From an uncultured Candidatus Saccharibacteria bacterium (GTDB taxonomy: Bacteria > Patescibacteriota > Minisyncoccia > Portnoybacterales > UBA2143): 64,000 bases of DNA. The notes under the pieces are model-generated. The model saw nothing but the letters and a program-made list of their open reading frames with translations, was not told where the DNA came from and did not search any database. Below are positions 16,669-26,337 of this stretch, piece by piece. The DNA is taken from contig CAYPQZ010000008.1 in the NCBI GenBank assembly GCA_964413015.1, positions 111,626 to 175,625 of the forward strand. Reading direction: 5' to 3'. Both the position numbers and the translations under genes were made by a program. Numbering within the stretch: position 1 is the stretch's first letter; the number at the start of each line of letters is the position of its first letter.

Positions 16669-18198
16669 ATGTCTCAAACCATCATTTTAACCATTGCTGT
16701 TTTCCTGTTGGGCGCTTTCCTTCTGCCAATTGCCGGCAAATTAGGCAGGAAAACTAAAGGGGGCTGGCTCGGCTTAATTTTAATTGCGGCTAATATTTTT
16801 GCTTTTTTCTTGTATTATGAGGTTTTAACAAAGGGGCCGATGGCTTACCGCGTGGGCGCCGAACTGCCTTTTTCGCCTTCTTCGTCGGGATTCCCTTTCA
16901 GGATTGTTTTAACCGGCGATGCTTTATCAGGTTTGTTGGCTTTTGTTTTTGTTTTAATATCTTCCTTGGCTTTGCTGTTTTCTTGGAAAAATTCAGAATT
17001 TCGGCCTAAGAGCCAAGAACATCAATATTCCTCTTCAACCGGTTTTTACGTCTGGGGGTTGTTGCTTGTCGCGGGCGCGCTTGGTTTTTTATTGGCCGGA
17101 GATTTTTTCACCTTATTTGTTTTTTATGAAATAAATTCTATCGCGGCAGCCGGCTTGATTTCCTTTTTTGGAAGGAGAAAAAATCTGAAATCAGCTTTTC
17201 ATTATTTGGCAGTTTTCTCCGTCGGTTCCTTATTTTTGCTTTTCGGAATTGGCCTTCTTTACAGCCAGTATGGTTTCTTGAATATGGCCGCGGTGGCCAA
17301 AAATCTTAATTTTTCCTTTTTGGACCAGATCGCTTTGGCTTTAATCATGGCCGCTTTGGCTTTAAAGGCAGGTTTTTTCCCCTTCTATTTTTGGAGACCC
17401 GGAACCTATCAATCTTCTCCTGCGCCGGCTCTGGTCTTGTTCATTGTTTCTTCGGCTTCAGCTGTTTACGCTCTCTTTAGAATTATTTTCAACGTTTTCG
17501 GTCCGAGTTTTAACCTGAGTTGGGTTTTAATCTTGTTTTCGGTTCTGTCAATTTTCGTCGGCGCTTTTCTGGCCTTGAAAGAAAACAATCTTAAAAGAGC
17601 CCTGGCTTATTTGGCTGTTTCAGAAGTGGGTTACATTTTTTTAGGAGTTTCTTCGGGATTGTCCAAGCCGGAAGCGGAATTCAGCCGTCAGGCGATTGAA
17701 GGAGGTCTATTCCATCTGGTCAACGACGTTTTAGATATGAGTTTGTTGTTTTTGCTGACCGGTCTTATTATTTATCTTGGTCGGAAAGAAAACGCTTTTG
17801 AGATACGCGGATTGGCTCGTCATCATCCCTGGCTGGCCGGAATTTTCCTTCTTGGCGTTCTGGCTGTGTCCGGTTTGCCGCCGTTAAATGGTTTCGCATC
17901 CAAGATGATGATTTATGAGTCAGTTTTTAAACTGAATCCCGCCTTGTCGGTTTTGGGTATTTTGGGCAGTATTCTGATTTTGGCGGTTTTGGTCAAAATC
18001 TTCGCTTCTGTCTTTCTTGGCTTTTCGCTAAATGCTTACCGAAAGACGCCTAAAACAGCCGCGGCGGTTATTCTGATTTTGGCGGTTAGCATGGTTTTAA
18101 TCGGGCTTTTCCCGAAAAAATTTATCGCTTCCTTTATTAACCCGGCCGCCGAATCCCTGATTTTGCCGTCGGTTTACGTAGGTAAAGTTATCAATTAA
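16669..18198 (+). CDS. MrpD/NuoN-like proton-conducting membrane subunit (MbhH-like)
   Basis: GDFFTLFVFYE, LKAGFFPFYFW, LKRALAY..SE.GY, GLPPLNGF.SK. Confidence 0.9.
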   Translation: MSQTIILTIAVFLLGAFLLPIAGKLGRKTKGGWLGLILIAANIFAFFLYYEVLTKGPMAYRVGAELPFSPSSSGFPFRIVLTGDALSGLLAFVFVLISSLALLFSWKNSEFRPKSQEHQYSSSTGFYVWGLLLVAGALGFLLAGDFFTLFVFYEINSIAAAGLISFFGRRKNLKSAFHYLAVFSVGSLFLLFGIGLLYSQYGFLNMAAVAKNLNFSFLDQIALALIMAALALKAGFFPFYFWRPGTYQSSPAPALVLFIVSSASAVYALFRIIFNVFGPSFNLSWVLILFSVLSIFVGAFLALKENNLKRALAYLAVSEVGYIFLGVSSGLSKPEAEFSRQAIEGGLFHLVNDVLDMSLLFLLTGLIIYLGRKENAFEIRGLARHHPWLAGIFLLGVLAVSGLPPLNGFASKMMIYESVFKLNPALSVLGILGSILILAVLVKIFASVFLGFSLNAYRKTPKTAAAVILILAVSMVLIGLFPKKFIASFINPAAESLILPSVYVGKVIN

Positions 18199-18203
18199 AT
18201 CCT

Positions 18204-18506
18204 ATGGAATTAATTTGGCAGCCTAAAATTGCTTTGATTTCTTTTCTCCTAATATTTTCGGTCGTTTATCTTGTCTATTTGTTGGGCGAAAAAAAATATC
18301 AAAAAAAGACGTCCCAAACGACGACTTACTTTTCCGGCGGCCAGCCGCCAGAAAAAAACGAGCTGAAAAATTGCTATTGGGGATTTTTTGAAGATTTTAA
18401 AAAACTCTACAGATTTTTATTCCGGATTCAAAAAGAAAATGCCAATGACTATATTTTCATCTTTATTTTTGGCTTAGTCATATTCCTTCTAATTTTAAGT
18501 TTTTAG
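18204..18506 (+). CDS. MbhI-like small membrane subunit
   Basis: TM-YFSG...YWGFFE...ANDYI-TM; position after the MbhH-like gene. Confidence 0.7.
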   Translation: MELIWQPKIALISFLLIFSVVYLVYLLGEKKYQKKTSQTTTYFSGGQPPEKNELKNCYWGFFEDFKKLYRFLFRIQKENANDYIFIFIFGLVIFLLILSF

Positions 18507-18510
18507 AATT

Positions 18511-19494
18511 ATGACTGGATTAACCTTACAATTAACGATGATGGTGGTCTTAATTTTCGGTAGCGTCTTTTTAGGTCTGCTTTTGAAAGGGATTGACCGA
18601 ATTTTGTCGGCCCGAATGCAAAAAAGGGTCGGACCGCCTCTGCTTCAGCCATTTTATGATTTCAGAAAATTGATGGTTAAAGAAAGCATTGTGCCGAAAT
18701 ACGCCTCTAAGTGGATTTTCAGTTTGGCGCCTCTAGTTTCTTTAACGGTTTCTATTTTGATTTTGTTTTATCTTCCCATAGCCGGCGTTTCCGTTTTAAG
18801 CGGGGCCGGAGACCTGATTTTAATCATCTATCTCTTCATTTTCCCGGGTCTATGTTTGGCTTTGGGAGCTTTTGCTTCTAACTCGCCTTACGCCAATCTT
18901 GGCGGCCAGAGGTCAATTATTAATATGTTGGGGTACGAATTTCCTCTGGCTATTGTCTGTCTGGCCCCGGCTTGGATGCTTTACCAGAATGGTTTTTCAG
19001 CGCCTTTTTCTTTGACCGAAATTTACTCTGCTAATATCTGGAGCTTAGCCGGGCCGCTTGGAACAATCGGGCTTTTACTGGAGACGGTGGTTATCTTCAT
19101 TATCGTTTCTGCCGAAATTGCTAAAAGGCCTTTTGATCTTGGCGCGGCCGATTCAGAAATTGCCGGCGGTGTCTTATCAGAATATTCCGGCCGGAATTTA
19201 GCGATGTTTTATCTGGCTGAAGCGGTTAAAATAGTTGCAGTCGCCGCTTTATTCGTTTCTCTTTTCTTCCCATGGAGCGTTGTTGATTTATTCGGTTCAA
19301 ATCTACCTTTGCACGGTGCCGTTGCCTGGGCAGTTAACATCGGCTTCTATCTTCTGAAAATATTCCTGCTGGTTTTCATCGGTTTGACTTTAATCCGAAC
19401 CGCCGCTTCAAGGTTCAAAATTAGCCGTTTAACTAGAACATACTGGGGCTACATGGCTTTGTTGGCTGCTTTTGGATTTTTATTAATTTTATGA
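18511..19494 (+). CDS. NuoH-like membrane subunit (MbhM/MbxM)
   Basis: DRILSARMQKRVGPP..QPFYD..KL; PFDL...SEIAGG..EYSG. Confidence 0.92.
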   Translation: MTGLTLQLTMMVVLIFGSVFLGLLLKGIDRILSARMQKRVGPPLLQPFYDFRKLMVKESIVPKYASKWIFSLAPLVSLTVSILILFYLPIAGVSVLSGAGDLILIIYLFIFPGLCLALGAFASNSPYANLGGQRSIINMLGYEFPLAIVCLAPAWMLYQNGFSAPFSLTEIYSANIWSLAGPLGTIGLLLETVVIFIIVSAEIAKRPFDLGAADSEIAGGVLSEYSGRNLAMFYLAEAVKIVAVAALFVSLFFPWSVVDLFGSNLPLHGAVAWAVNIGFYLLKIFLLVFIGLTLIRTAASRFKISRLTRTYWGYMALLAAFGFLLIL

Positions 19495-19922
19495 AGAATA
19501 GTCGAGAGAATAAAAAACTAAGAAAGATAACCCGCTCTATCTGGGTTTTTAACTGGTTTAATTCATGCGGTTTTATGGAAGTTTTGCCGATTGTGGGCAG
19601 TCGCTGGGATATGGAGCGGTTTGGCTTAATCCCGGTTGCTAGCCCGAGACAGGCCGATTGTTTGATTATTGCCGGCTATCAGACAATAAAATCAATCAAG
19701 AGGGCCAAAGTGATTTACGAACAAATGCCTGCTCCTAAACTGGTTATTGCCTTGGGTTCCTGTCCGGTGACTGGCGGAATGTATTGGGACTCCTATAATA
19801 CGATAAAGAAATTAGGGGATTATTTGCCGGTTGACTTATATATTCCCGGCTGTCCGCCGAGACCGGAGGCGATTTTTGACGGAATCTACAAATTAATTCA
19901 AAAAACGAAAGCAAAAAGATGA
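19491..19922 (+). CDS. NuoB-like Fe-S small subunit (MbxJ-like)
   Basis: DMERFG..SPRQAD, GSCPVTGG, YIPGCPPRPEA. Confidence 0.92.
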   Translation: MKNSRENKKLRKITRSIWVFNWFNSCGFMEVLPIVGSRWDMERFGLIPVASPRQADCLIIAGYQTIKSIKRAKVIYEQMPAPKLVIALGSCPVTGGMYWDSYNTIKKLGDYLPVDLYIPGCPPRPEAIFDGIYKLIQKTKAKR

Positions 19923-20404
19923 AAAATTTAATTTCTCAAATCCAGTCCAATTTTAAGGCCGACATTCTAAAAAAAGAAGAAAGGCAGTTTTGGCTGAAGA
20001 TTAGCCGAAGAGAATTGCCGGCGGTTTGTCTTTTCCTGAAAAAAAACGGATTTGATTTCTTTTCTTCTTTGTCAGCGGTGGACATGCCGGCAGAAAACAC
20101 CATAGAATTGATTTATCACCTTTGGAGCGAAAAAAGAAAAGCCGGTTTAAACCTCAAGACAAAAGTTGATAGAAAAAAACCGGTCATAAAATCAATTTCA
20201 GAAATTTATTTCCCGGCGCAAATCCAAGAAAGAGAAATTTGCGAACTCTTTGGCGTAGATTTTTTGAACAATCCGAACCTATCCGGTCTTTTCCTGGAAG
20301 ATTGGCCGGGACCGCCGCCTTTTTTAAAAGATTTTGACTGGCGGTCCTATGTTAGAGAAAAATTCTACGATCAGAAAAAACAAGATGAAAAAGGATATTT
20401 CTAA
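19919..20404 (+). CDS. NuoC-like subunit (MbxK-like)
   Basis: SAVD...LIYHL...EREICELFGVDF..NP. Confidence 0.88.
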   Translation: MKNLISQIQSNFKADILKKEERQFWLKISRRELPAVCLFLKKNGFDFFSSLSAVDMPAENTIELIYHLWSEKRKAGLNLKTKVDRKKPVIKSISEIYFPAQIQEREICELFGVDFLNNPNLSGLFLEDWPGPPPFLKDFDWRSYVREKFYDQKKQDEKGYF

Positions 20405-21494
20405 AGATTACCAAGAATTTTTATTCGGCCCTGCCCATCCCGGTTCGGGTAATTTTTCGATTAAGATAAAACTTGACGGCGAGAAAGTCGTCCAAGCCGA
20501 ATCAGATCCGGGATACCTGCATCGCGGTTTTGAGAAACTAATGGAATACCGGGACATTTGGCAGAACGCGGTCCTTTCAGATCGGATTTGCGTTTTTGAA
20601 CCACTGTCCTGGAATTTAATTTTCGCCGAAGCGGTGGAGAAACTTGCTGAAATTGAAGTTCCGGAAAGAGCGAAATATATCCGGGTCATTCTAACTGAAT
20701 TATCCCGGATTCAATCCCATCTAATCTGGTTTGGCTCATTTTCTCTGGCGGTCGGATTTGAAACCGGTTTTAAAATATATTTCGGCTACCGCGACTATAT
20801 CTTAGATATTTTTTCCGAGATTTGCGGCGGCCGGGTTTATCCGACTGGCTGTATCTGTCCCGGCGGAACAAGGCGGGACTTGCTTCAGGAAACCGAGAAA
20901 AAAATCCAGAGCGTCCTGGACAAAACGGAACAGGCAGTTGCTTATCTTGAAAAAGAAGACCCTGTTTTTCAGTCCAGAACCAAAGAGGTTGGAATCTTGA
21001 AAAAAGAAGATGCCATCAGATTAGGGGCAACCGGACAGGTTTTGAGGGCTTCAGGTGTTTCGTATGATGTGAGAAAAAGCAACCCTTACGAAGTATATCC
21101 GGCCGTAGATTTTGAAACGCCGATTTTAAAAGAAGGCGACGCTTATTCAAGATTTCGGTTAGGAGTTCTGGAGATAAAGGAGAGTCTGAAAATTATCAGG
21201 CAGCTGCTGGGAAAAATCCCACAAGGAAATTTTCTGAATGAAAAGATGAAAGTCAGCCAGTCGTTTATTCTGCCCAAGGGGGAAGTTTATTTAAGAACCG
21301 AGACCGCACGCGGAGAAGGGGGCATCTATCTTAAGGGCCAAGATAATGTTAATCCCGAACGGGTAAAAATTAAGAGTCCTTCTTTACCCCATTTAATTCC
21401 AATACTGGAATTCTTGCTAATTGGGGCGGAGGTAGCCGATATCCCGGTGATTTACTGGAGTTTAAACGGGTGTCCGGCCGATATGGACCGATAA
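20385..21494 (+). CDS. NuoD-like catalytic subunit with MBX/MBS (sulfane reductase) signature, no NiFe site
   Basis: GPAHP, GYLHRGFEK, RICVFE, ELSRIQSHL, ETARGE, terminal NGCPADMDR; start ATG 20385. Confidence 0.85.
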   Translation: MKKDISKDYQEFLFGPAHPGSGNFSIKIKLDGEKVVQAESDPGYLHRGFEKLMEYRDIWQNAVLSDRICVFEPLSWNLIFAEAVEKLAEIEVPERAKYIRVILTELSRIQSHLIWFGSFSLAVGFETGFKIYFGYRDYILDIFSEICGGRVYPTGCICPGGTRRDLLQETEKKIQSVLDKTEQAVAYLEKEDPVFQSRTKEVGILKKEDAIRLGATGQVLRASGVSYDVRKSNPYEVYPAVDFETPILKEGDAYSRFRLGVLEIKESLKIIRQLLGKIPQGNFLNEKMKVSQSFILPKGEVYLRTETARGEGGIYLKGQDNVNPERVKIKSPSLPHLIPILEFLLIGAEVADIPVIYWSLNGCPADMDR

Positions 21495-21498
21495 AAAT

Positions 21499-21879
21499 AT
21501 GAAGCTTAAAATTATCCCAAAATTAATTATTAACTTATTCAAAAGATTCTTAACCGTTAAATATCCGACAAAGTCGCTTTCGATTCCCGAGGGCTATCGT
21601 GGCATACCTAAGCTTCTCCGGCCGGAAAAATGCTTAGGTTGCGGCCGGTGCGCGAAAGCTTGTCCTAATAAAGCAATTGAAATGGTGGAGGTCAAACAAA
21701 AAGACGGCAGCATAAAAAAAGAACCCCGGATTGACCTTAACAAATGCTGTTTCTGCGGATTGTGCGAAGAAGCCTGCGCGTTTAAAGCGCTTTGCTTGAC
21801 CAAAGAGATCCCTTTAGCCGAAGAAAAAAAACCGGCCGATAATCTTTCAGCCGGTAAAGTTAAGTTGTCAGAGGATTAA
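21499..21879 (+). CDS. NuoI-like 2x[4Fe-4S] subunit (MbxN-like)
   Basis: TVKYP...YRG; CLGCGRCAKACP; CCFCGLCEEAC. Confidence 0.92.
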   Translation: MKLKIIPKLIINLFKRFLTVKYPTKSLSIPEGYRGIPKLLRPEKCLGCGRCAKACPNKAIEMVEVKQKDGSIKKEPRIDLNKCCFCGLCEEACAFKALCLTKEIPLAEEKKPADNLSAGKVKLSED

Positions 21880-21910
21880 ATCTCTAATTCTCCCGCAATC
21901 AAGCGGGCCT

Positions 21911-21987
21911 TGGTGGGCAATGCAGGACTTGAACCTGCGACCTCCTGGATGTCGACCAGACGCTCTAACCAACTGAGCTAATTGCCC
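21911..21987 (-). tRNA. tRNA-Val(GAC)
   Basis: Cloverleaf, loop TC-GAC-AT, encoded CCA. Confidence 0.93.
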
Positions 21988-22086
21988 AAAATTATTCAAA
22001 ATCTTTAATTTTGTTTATAATTTTAGAGCCTGCCTTTGGCAGGCACTGATTTTTATATCCAAAACAAGTTTTGAACAAAAATCGTG

Positions 22087-22159
22087 TGGGCGTGCCAGGA
22101 TTCGAACCTGGGGCCTAGGCCTTATAAGGACCCCGCTCTAACCGCTGAGCTACACGCCC
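22087..22159 (-). tRNA. tRNA-Ile(TAT)
   Basis: Cloverleaf, anticodon loop CT-TAT-AA, A73. Confidence 0.88.
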
Positions 22160-22279
22160 GCCTGTAACGCTTCGCGTAACGATGCAGGTGAACCCGCAAA
22201 GCTATACTGCTTATTGTCTGTATAAAAATATATTAACAAAAAACATTTGTCTAAGCAAGTCTTCTAAATAATTAAAAAA

Positions 22280-22300
22280 GGGGATATGCGCCATATCCCC
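22280..22300 (-). terminator. Intrinsic terminator of ftsH
   Basis: GGGGATATG-CGC-CATATCCCC followed by a T-run on the minus strand. Confidence 0.75.
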
Positions 22301-22332
22301 ATGTCAATAAATTTATTTCTTTCTTACTTACA

Positions 22333-24156
22333 TTAGACCTTTTTTTTCATCAATCTTTCAAATTCTTTTCTCTCAACGGTTTCTTTTTTAATCAGCTGTT
22401 TGGCGATTAAATCCAGGCGCTTTCTTTTTTCAATTAATATTTTCTTGGCGGTTTTGTAAGCATTGTTGATCAATTTAGATATTTCTTTATCAATTTGGTT
22501 GGCAGTCTCTTCAGAATAATCCTTTTCAGCGGCGATTTCTCTGCCTAGAAAAATCATCTCTTCTTTGCCGCCAAAAGTTCTAGGCCCTAATTTTTCACTC
22601 ATCCCATATTTGGTTACTATCTGGCGGGATAATTCGGTCGCTTTCTGCAGGTCGTTGGAAGCTCCGGTGGTTAATTCTCCAAAAACTAATTTTTCGGCAA
22701 CGTGACCACCCAGAAGAATCGCCAACTCGTCTATGAATTCAGAGCGGCTATGCAAATGCCTGTCTTTTTCGGGGAACTTTATAGTATAGCCAGCTGCCGG
22801 TCCTCGGGCGATAATGGAAACCTTCTGGATTAGGTCAGCGTCAGGCATTGAGGCGGCTACCAAAGCGTGTCCAGCTTCGTGATAAGCGGTAATTTCTTTT
22901 TCTTTTTTGGATAAGATATGGCTTTTTCTTTCAGGCCCCAGCAGGACTTTCTCGATGCATTCGCGCAGTTCGTCTTGGCCGATTTTTTTCTTGTTTCTCC
23001 GGGCAGTTAGGATGGCTGCTTCATTGACTAGATTGGCCAAGTCGGCCCCAGAAAATCCGGGCGTCCTCTCAGCGATTTCTTTAAGATTAACATTCTCGTC
23101 CAAAGGCTTATTCAGTGCATGAATTTTAAGGACTCCTTTACGGTCCTCAATATCCGGTAGATTAAGAATAATTCGCCGGTCGAATCTGCCCGGTCTTAAT
23201 AGGGCTGGGTCAAGAACGTCCGGTCGGTTAGTGGCCGCCAGCAGGATTATTCCAGTATTTGGGTCAAAGCCGTCCATTTCAACCAGAATCTGGTTTAAGG
23301 TTTGTTCCCTTTCGTCATTGCCGCCGCCCAAGCCGGCTCCTCTTTGACGACCGATGGCATCCAGTTCATCTATGAAAATTAAACAGGGCGAGTGTTTTTT
23401 AGCTGTCTGGAATAAATCTCGAACCCGACTTGATCCAACTCCGACGAACATTTCAACAAATTCTGAACCGGAAACGCTGAAAAAAGGAACATTGGCTTCG
23501 GTGGCGATAGCCCGACCAAGTAAAGTTTTGCCGGTTCCCGGCGAACCGACTAACAAAACTCCTTTAGGGATTTTAGCTCCCAGGTCAACGAACTTTTTAG
23601 GATTTTTTAGAAAGTCAACTACTTCATGAAGCTCTTCCTTAGCTTCTTTGAGGCCGGCCACATCTTTAAAAGTCGCCCGGTCTTTTTTATCTTTAGGATT
23701 AATTAAACGGGCTCTTGAATGCCCAAAAGTCAAGGCCTGCATTTGGCCTCTTTTAGCTCCTCTGAACATAAACCAGAAGAAGAAGCCGATAATTAACAGA
23801 GGCAAGAGAAAGGGGAGGACAGTTCCGAGCCAAAAGGCGGCTTCGCTTTCTCCCTTTATTTCCAAATTGACAAGTTTAAGTTTTTCCGGGTCAACCCCAT
23901 AGTTTTTCAAAGATTCTGTTAATGAGGCCTCTTTTTCTTTGATGGCTATTTCTTGGTCTCCGCTTTTTAATTCAATCCCCAATTTCTCTCCTCTGATAGT
24001 AATGATTGAGACTTGCTCTTGATTTATCTGTTTAACTAACTGACTTAAAGAGATTTCTTGAGGTTTTTGTTCAGAGGCGCTGAATAAGGCAAAAAGTCCG
24101 GCAATCGTTAAGAAAGACAGGAAGACAATAAGTAGATTTTTTAGTAGAAATTTCAT
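22333..24156 (-). CDS. ftsH: ATP-dependent zinc metalloprotease FtsH
   Basis: Two TMs, [27 protein letters not shown]. Confidence 0.97.
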   Translation of the reverse strand: MKFLLKNLLIVFLSFLTIAGLFALFSASEQKPQEISLSQLVKQINQEQVSIITIRGEKLGIELKSGDQEIAIKEKEASLTESLKNYGVDPEKLKLVNLEIKGESEAAFWLGTVLPFLLPLLIIGFFFWFMFRGAKRGQMQALTFGHSRARLINPKDKKDRATFKDVAGLKEAKEELHEVVDFLKNPKKFVDLGAKIPKGVLLVGSPGTGKTLLGRAIATEANVPFFSVSGSEFVEMFVGVGSSRVRDLFQTAKKHSPCLIFIDELDAIGRQRGAGLGGGNDEREQTLNQILVEMDGFDPNTGIILLAATNRPDVLDPALLRPGRFDRRIILNLPDIEDRKGVLKIHALNKPLDENVNLKEIAERTPGFSGADLANLVNEAAILTARRNKKKIGQDELRECIEKVLLGPERKSHILSKKEKEITAYHEAGHALVAASMPDADLIQKVSIIARGPAAGYTIKFPEKDRHLHSRSEFIDELAILLGGHVAEKLVFGELTTGASNDLQKATELSRQIVTKYGMSEKLGPRTFGGKEEMIFLGREIAAEKDYSEETANQIDKEISKLINNAYKTAKKILIEKRKRLDLIAKQLIKKETVERKEFERLMKKKV

Positions 24157-25253
24157 GTTGACAAAGAAAGAATAGCCCTTAAAGACATTTTATGCGCTTC
24201 TGGCGCTAGGGATAAAATCTCAAAGTCATAAGATTTGCCTATCTTAAGAACTTCTTCCATAATTTGGTTTTGCTTGGAAAATTCTGAGATGTGAGCTAAT
24301 CCATAAACGTTTTTATCAGTTTCAACAAAAGCGCCCAAACTGCCGAATTTAATTACCTTGCCTTTAATTTTCTGACCAATCTGGTATTTTTTCTCGATGC
24401 CTTCCCAAGGGTCTTTTTCTAAGGCCTTAAGAGAAAGCGAAACTTGTCCATTCTTGATATCAATAATTTTTGCTTTAATTTTTTCTTTTTCTTTAAGGAT
24501 TTTACTAGGGTGTCCAACCATCTGCCAAGAAAGCTCGGAAATGTGGATTAATCCTTCAATAGTGTCGTCAATCTTAATAAATGCCCCGAAATCGGTTAAA
24601 GAAACTACCGTTCCTTCAACCACGTCTCCGATTTGATACTTATTTAAATTTTCTTGAATCTCTTTTTCATGAGAGGCTTTTTCCGAGACTACCAGTTTTT
24701 CGTTTTTCTTATCAAGACTGATAATTTTAACTAACATCTTCTTACCGACAAATTTATTTAGCTCTTGAAGGATTTTGTTTTTATCTCCGTTCTCTATACG
24801 GGGATAATTTTGAGGAGAAAGCTGGGAAACTGGCAAGAAGCCGATTATCCCGTAGAGTTCAATAACCAATCCTCCCCGGTTGGCTTCAATAACCTTTACC
24901 TCAATCGTGCCGTTAGCCTTTTTTTGTTCTTCCAAATCAGCCCAGACCTTTTCAATGTTAGCATCTTTGAAAGAAAGCTCAACGTAACCGTCTTCATTTT
25001 CCGGGTCTAGAACCAAAGCGGAAATTTTTTGGCCGACTTTTAGATCTTTAAAAAGCGTTGAATTTTCTCTCAATTCGCCTCCGTAGATAATACCGGTTCC
25101 CAGCGAACCTAATTCTAAAATGAGCTCGTTTTTACTTATTTTAATAATCCGGCCTTCTATTAGATCTCCGGTCTGAGGCAGCCGCAGAGAGTTCTCTTCG
25201 CCGGTTAGCAAATTTTTCATAATTTTGTTTTCTTCTTTATTGTTTTTAGCCAT
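24153..25253 (-). CDS. rpsA: 30S ribosomal protein S1-like protein (four S1 domains)
   Basis: Repeated S1 motifs: GFLPVSQL, DFGAFI, GLIHISELSW, GLAHISE. Confidence 0.85.
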   Translation of the reverse strand: MAKNNKEENKIMKNLLTGEENSLRLPQTGDLIEGRIIKISKNELILELGSLGTGIIYGGELRENSTLFKDLKVGQKISALVLDPENEDGYVELSFKDANIEKVWADLEEQKKANGTIEVKVIEANRGGLVIELYGIIGFLPVSQLSPQNYPRIENGDKNKILQELNKFVGKKMLVKIISLDKKNEKLVVSEKASHEKEIQENLNKYQIGDVVEGTVVSLTDFGAFIKIDDTIEGLIHISELSWQMVGHPSKILKEKEKIKAKIIDIKNGQVSLSLKALEKDPWEGIEKKYQIGQKIKGKVIKFGSLGAFVETDKNVYGLAHISEFSKQNQIMEEVLKIGKSYDFEILSLAPEAHKMSLRAILSLST

Positions 25254-25318
25254 GTACAGATTATATCCTAAGATTATTGGCTTGGCAAGAGAGGGCTGAT
25301 GTGATAAAATAAATTCAT

Positions 25319-25963
25319 ATGACGATATCTTGGTACGGCCACTCTTGTTTTAAGATAACCAATCAGGGCGGCCGCTTGACTATTATTACAGACCCTTTTG
25401 ATAAAAGCATTGGGTTGAACCCTCCTCGGGGGGCAGCTAATATTGTGGTTGTTTCTCATGAACATAGCGACCATAACAATGTAAAAGCCGTTAGCGGACA
25501 GCCCTTTATTGTTAATAATCCGGGAGAATATGATATTAAGGGGGTTAGGATTATCGGTTGCTCAAGTTTCCATGATAACAAACAGGGCGAAGAGAGGGGT
25601 CCAAATACAATCTATTTAATAAAGGTAGACAAAATTCGAATTTGCCATTTAGGGGATCTTGGCCAGGAGAAACTGACTGATAAACAATTAGAAACAATCG
25701 GCAACGTTGATATTTTAATGATTCCGGTTGGCGGCACCTATACGATTAATGCCCGGGAAGCTGCTAAAATAGCTAAACAGATTGAGCCGCGTCTAATTAT
25801 CCCGATGCATTACAAGATCCCGGAATTGAAAATTGAGCTGGCTGATTTAAGCGAATTTTTAAAAGAAATGGGCGTAGACAAAAAGATGCCCGTTGATAAA
25901 TTAACTCTTAAGAAAAAGGATTTAATCGGTAGAGAGATGGAAGTGGTGACAATGAAGCTTTAA
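25319..25963 (+). CDS. Metallo-beta-lactamase-fold hydrolase
   Basis: WYGHSCF, SHEHSDH, HLGDLG, IPVGG, IPMHY. Confidence 0.9.
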   Translation: MTISWYGHSCFKITNQGGRLTIITDPFDKSIGLNPPRGAANIVVVSHEHSDHNNVKAVSGQPFIVNNPGEYDIKGVRIIGCSSFHDNKQGEERGPNTIYLIKVDKIRICHLGDLGQEKLTDKQLETIGNVDILMIPVGGTYTINAREAAKIAKQIEPRLIIPMHYKIPELKIELADLSEFLKEMGVDKKMPVDKLTLKKKDLIGREMEVVTMKL

Positions 25964-25980
25964 TCAATTGCGTAAACAAA

Positions 25981-26331
25981 ATGTCTTTTATAGATTTTAT
26001 CCAAAAAATCCAACGAAAACCCCGTTATGTCCGTATCCAAATACTCTGTTTGGCTGTTTTTGTTTGTATGGCTTTGATGATTACTTTTTGGGTTGTGTCT
26101 TTAAAAACCGACATTAAAGGCGAGATTTCAGAATCTTTAGAAGGAGCCAAAAAAGAAACCACATCTCTCAAAGAAGCTTTTAAGGCAAGTATCGGAGCTT
26201 TTTTTGAAGAGGACCTGGGAAAAGAATCAGAAGAAGAATTAGAAGATTGGCCGGATTATCAAATTGAACAGACTGAGCCAAAAGCTCAAAGACGAGATCT
26301 GAAACCGATGAAGCTTCCTTCAGGTAATTAA
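25981..26331 (+). CDS. Hypothetical membrane-anchored protein
   Basis: One TM, acidic tail; in operon with gyrA. Confidence 0.65.
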   Translation: MSFIDFIQKIQRKPRYVRIQILCLAVFVCMALMITFWVVSLKTDIKGEISESLEGAKKETTSLKEAFKASIGAFFEEDLGKESEEELEDWPDYQIEQTEPKAQRRDLKPMKLPSGN

Positions 26332-26337
26332 AATTTA

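Noticed and set aside
19491-21879. [NiFe] group 4 hydrogenase or respiratory complex I
   Set aside because: Only two of four Ni-binding Cys remain, there are no maturation genes, no NuoEFG, and the membrane arm is Mrp-type.
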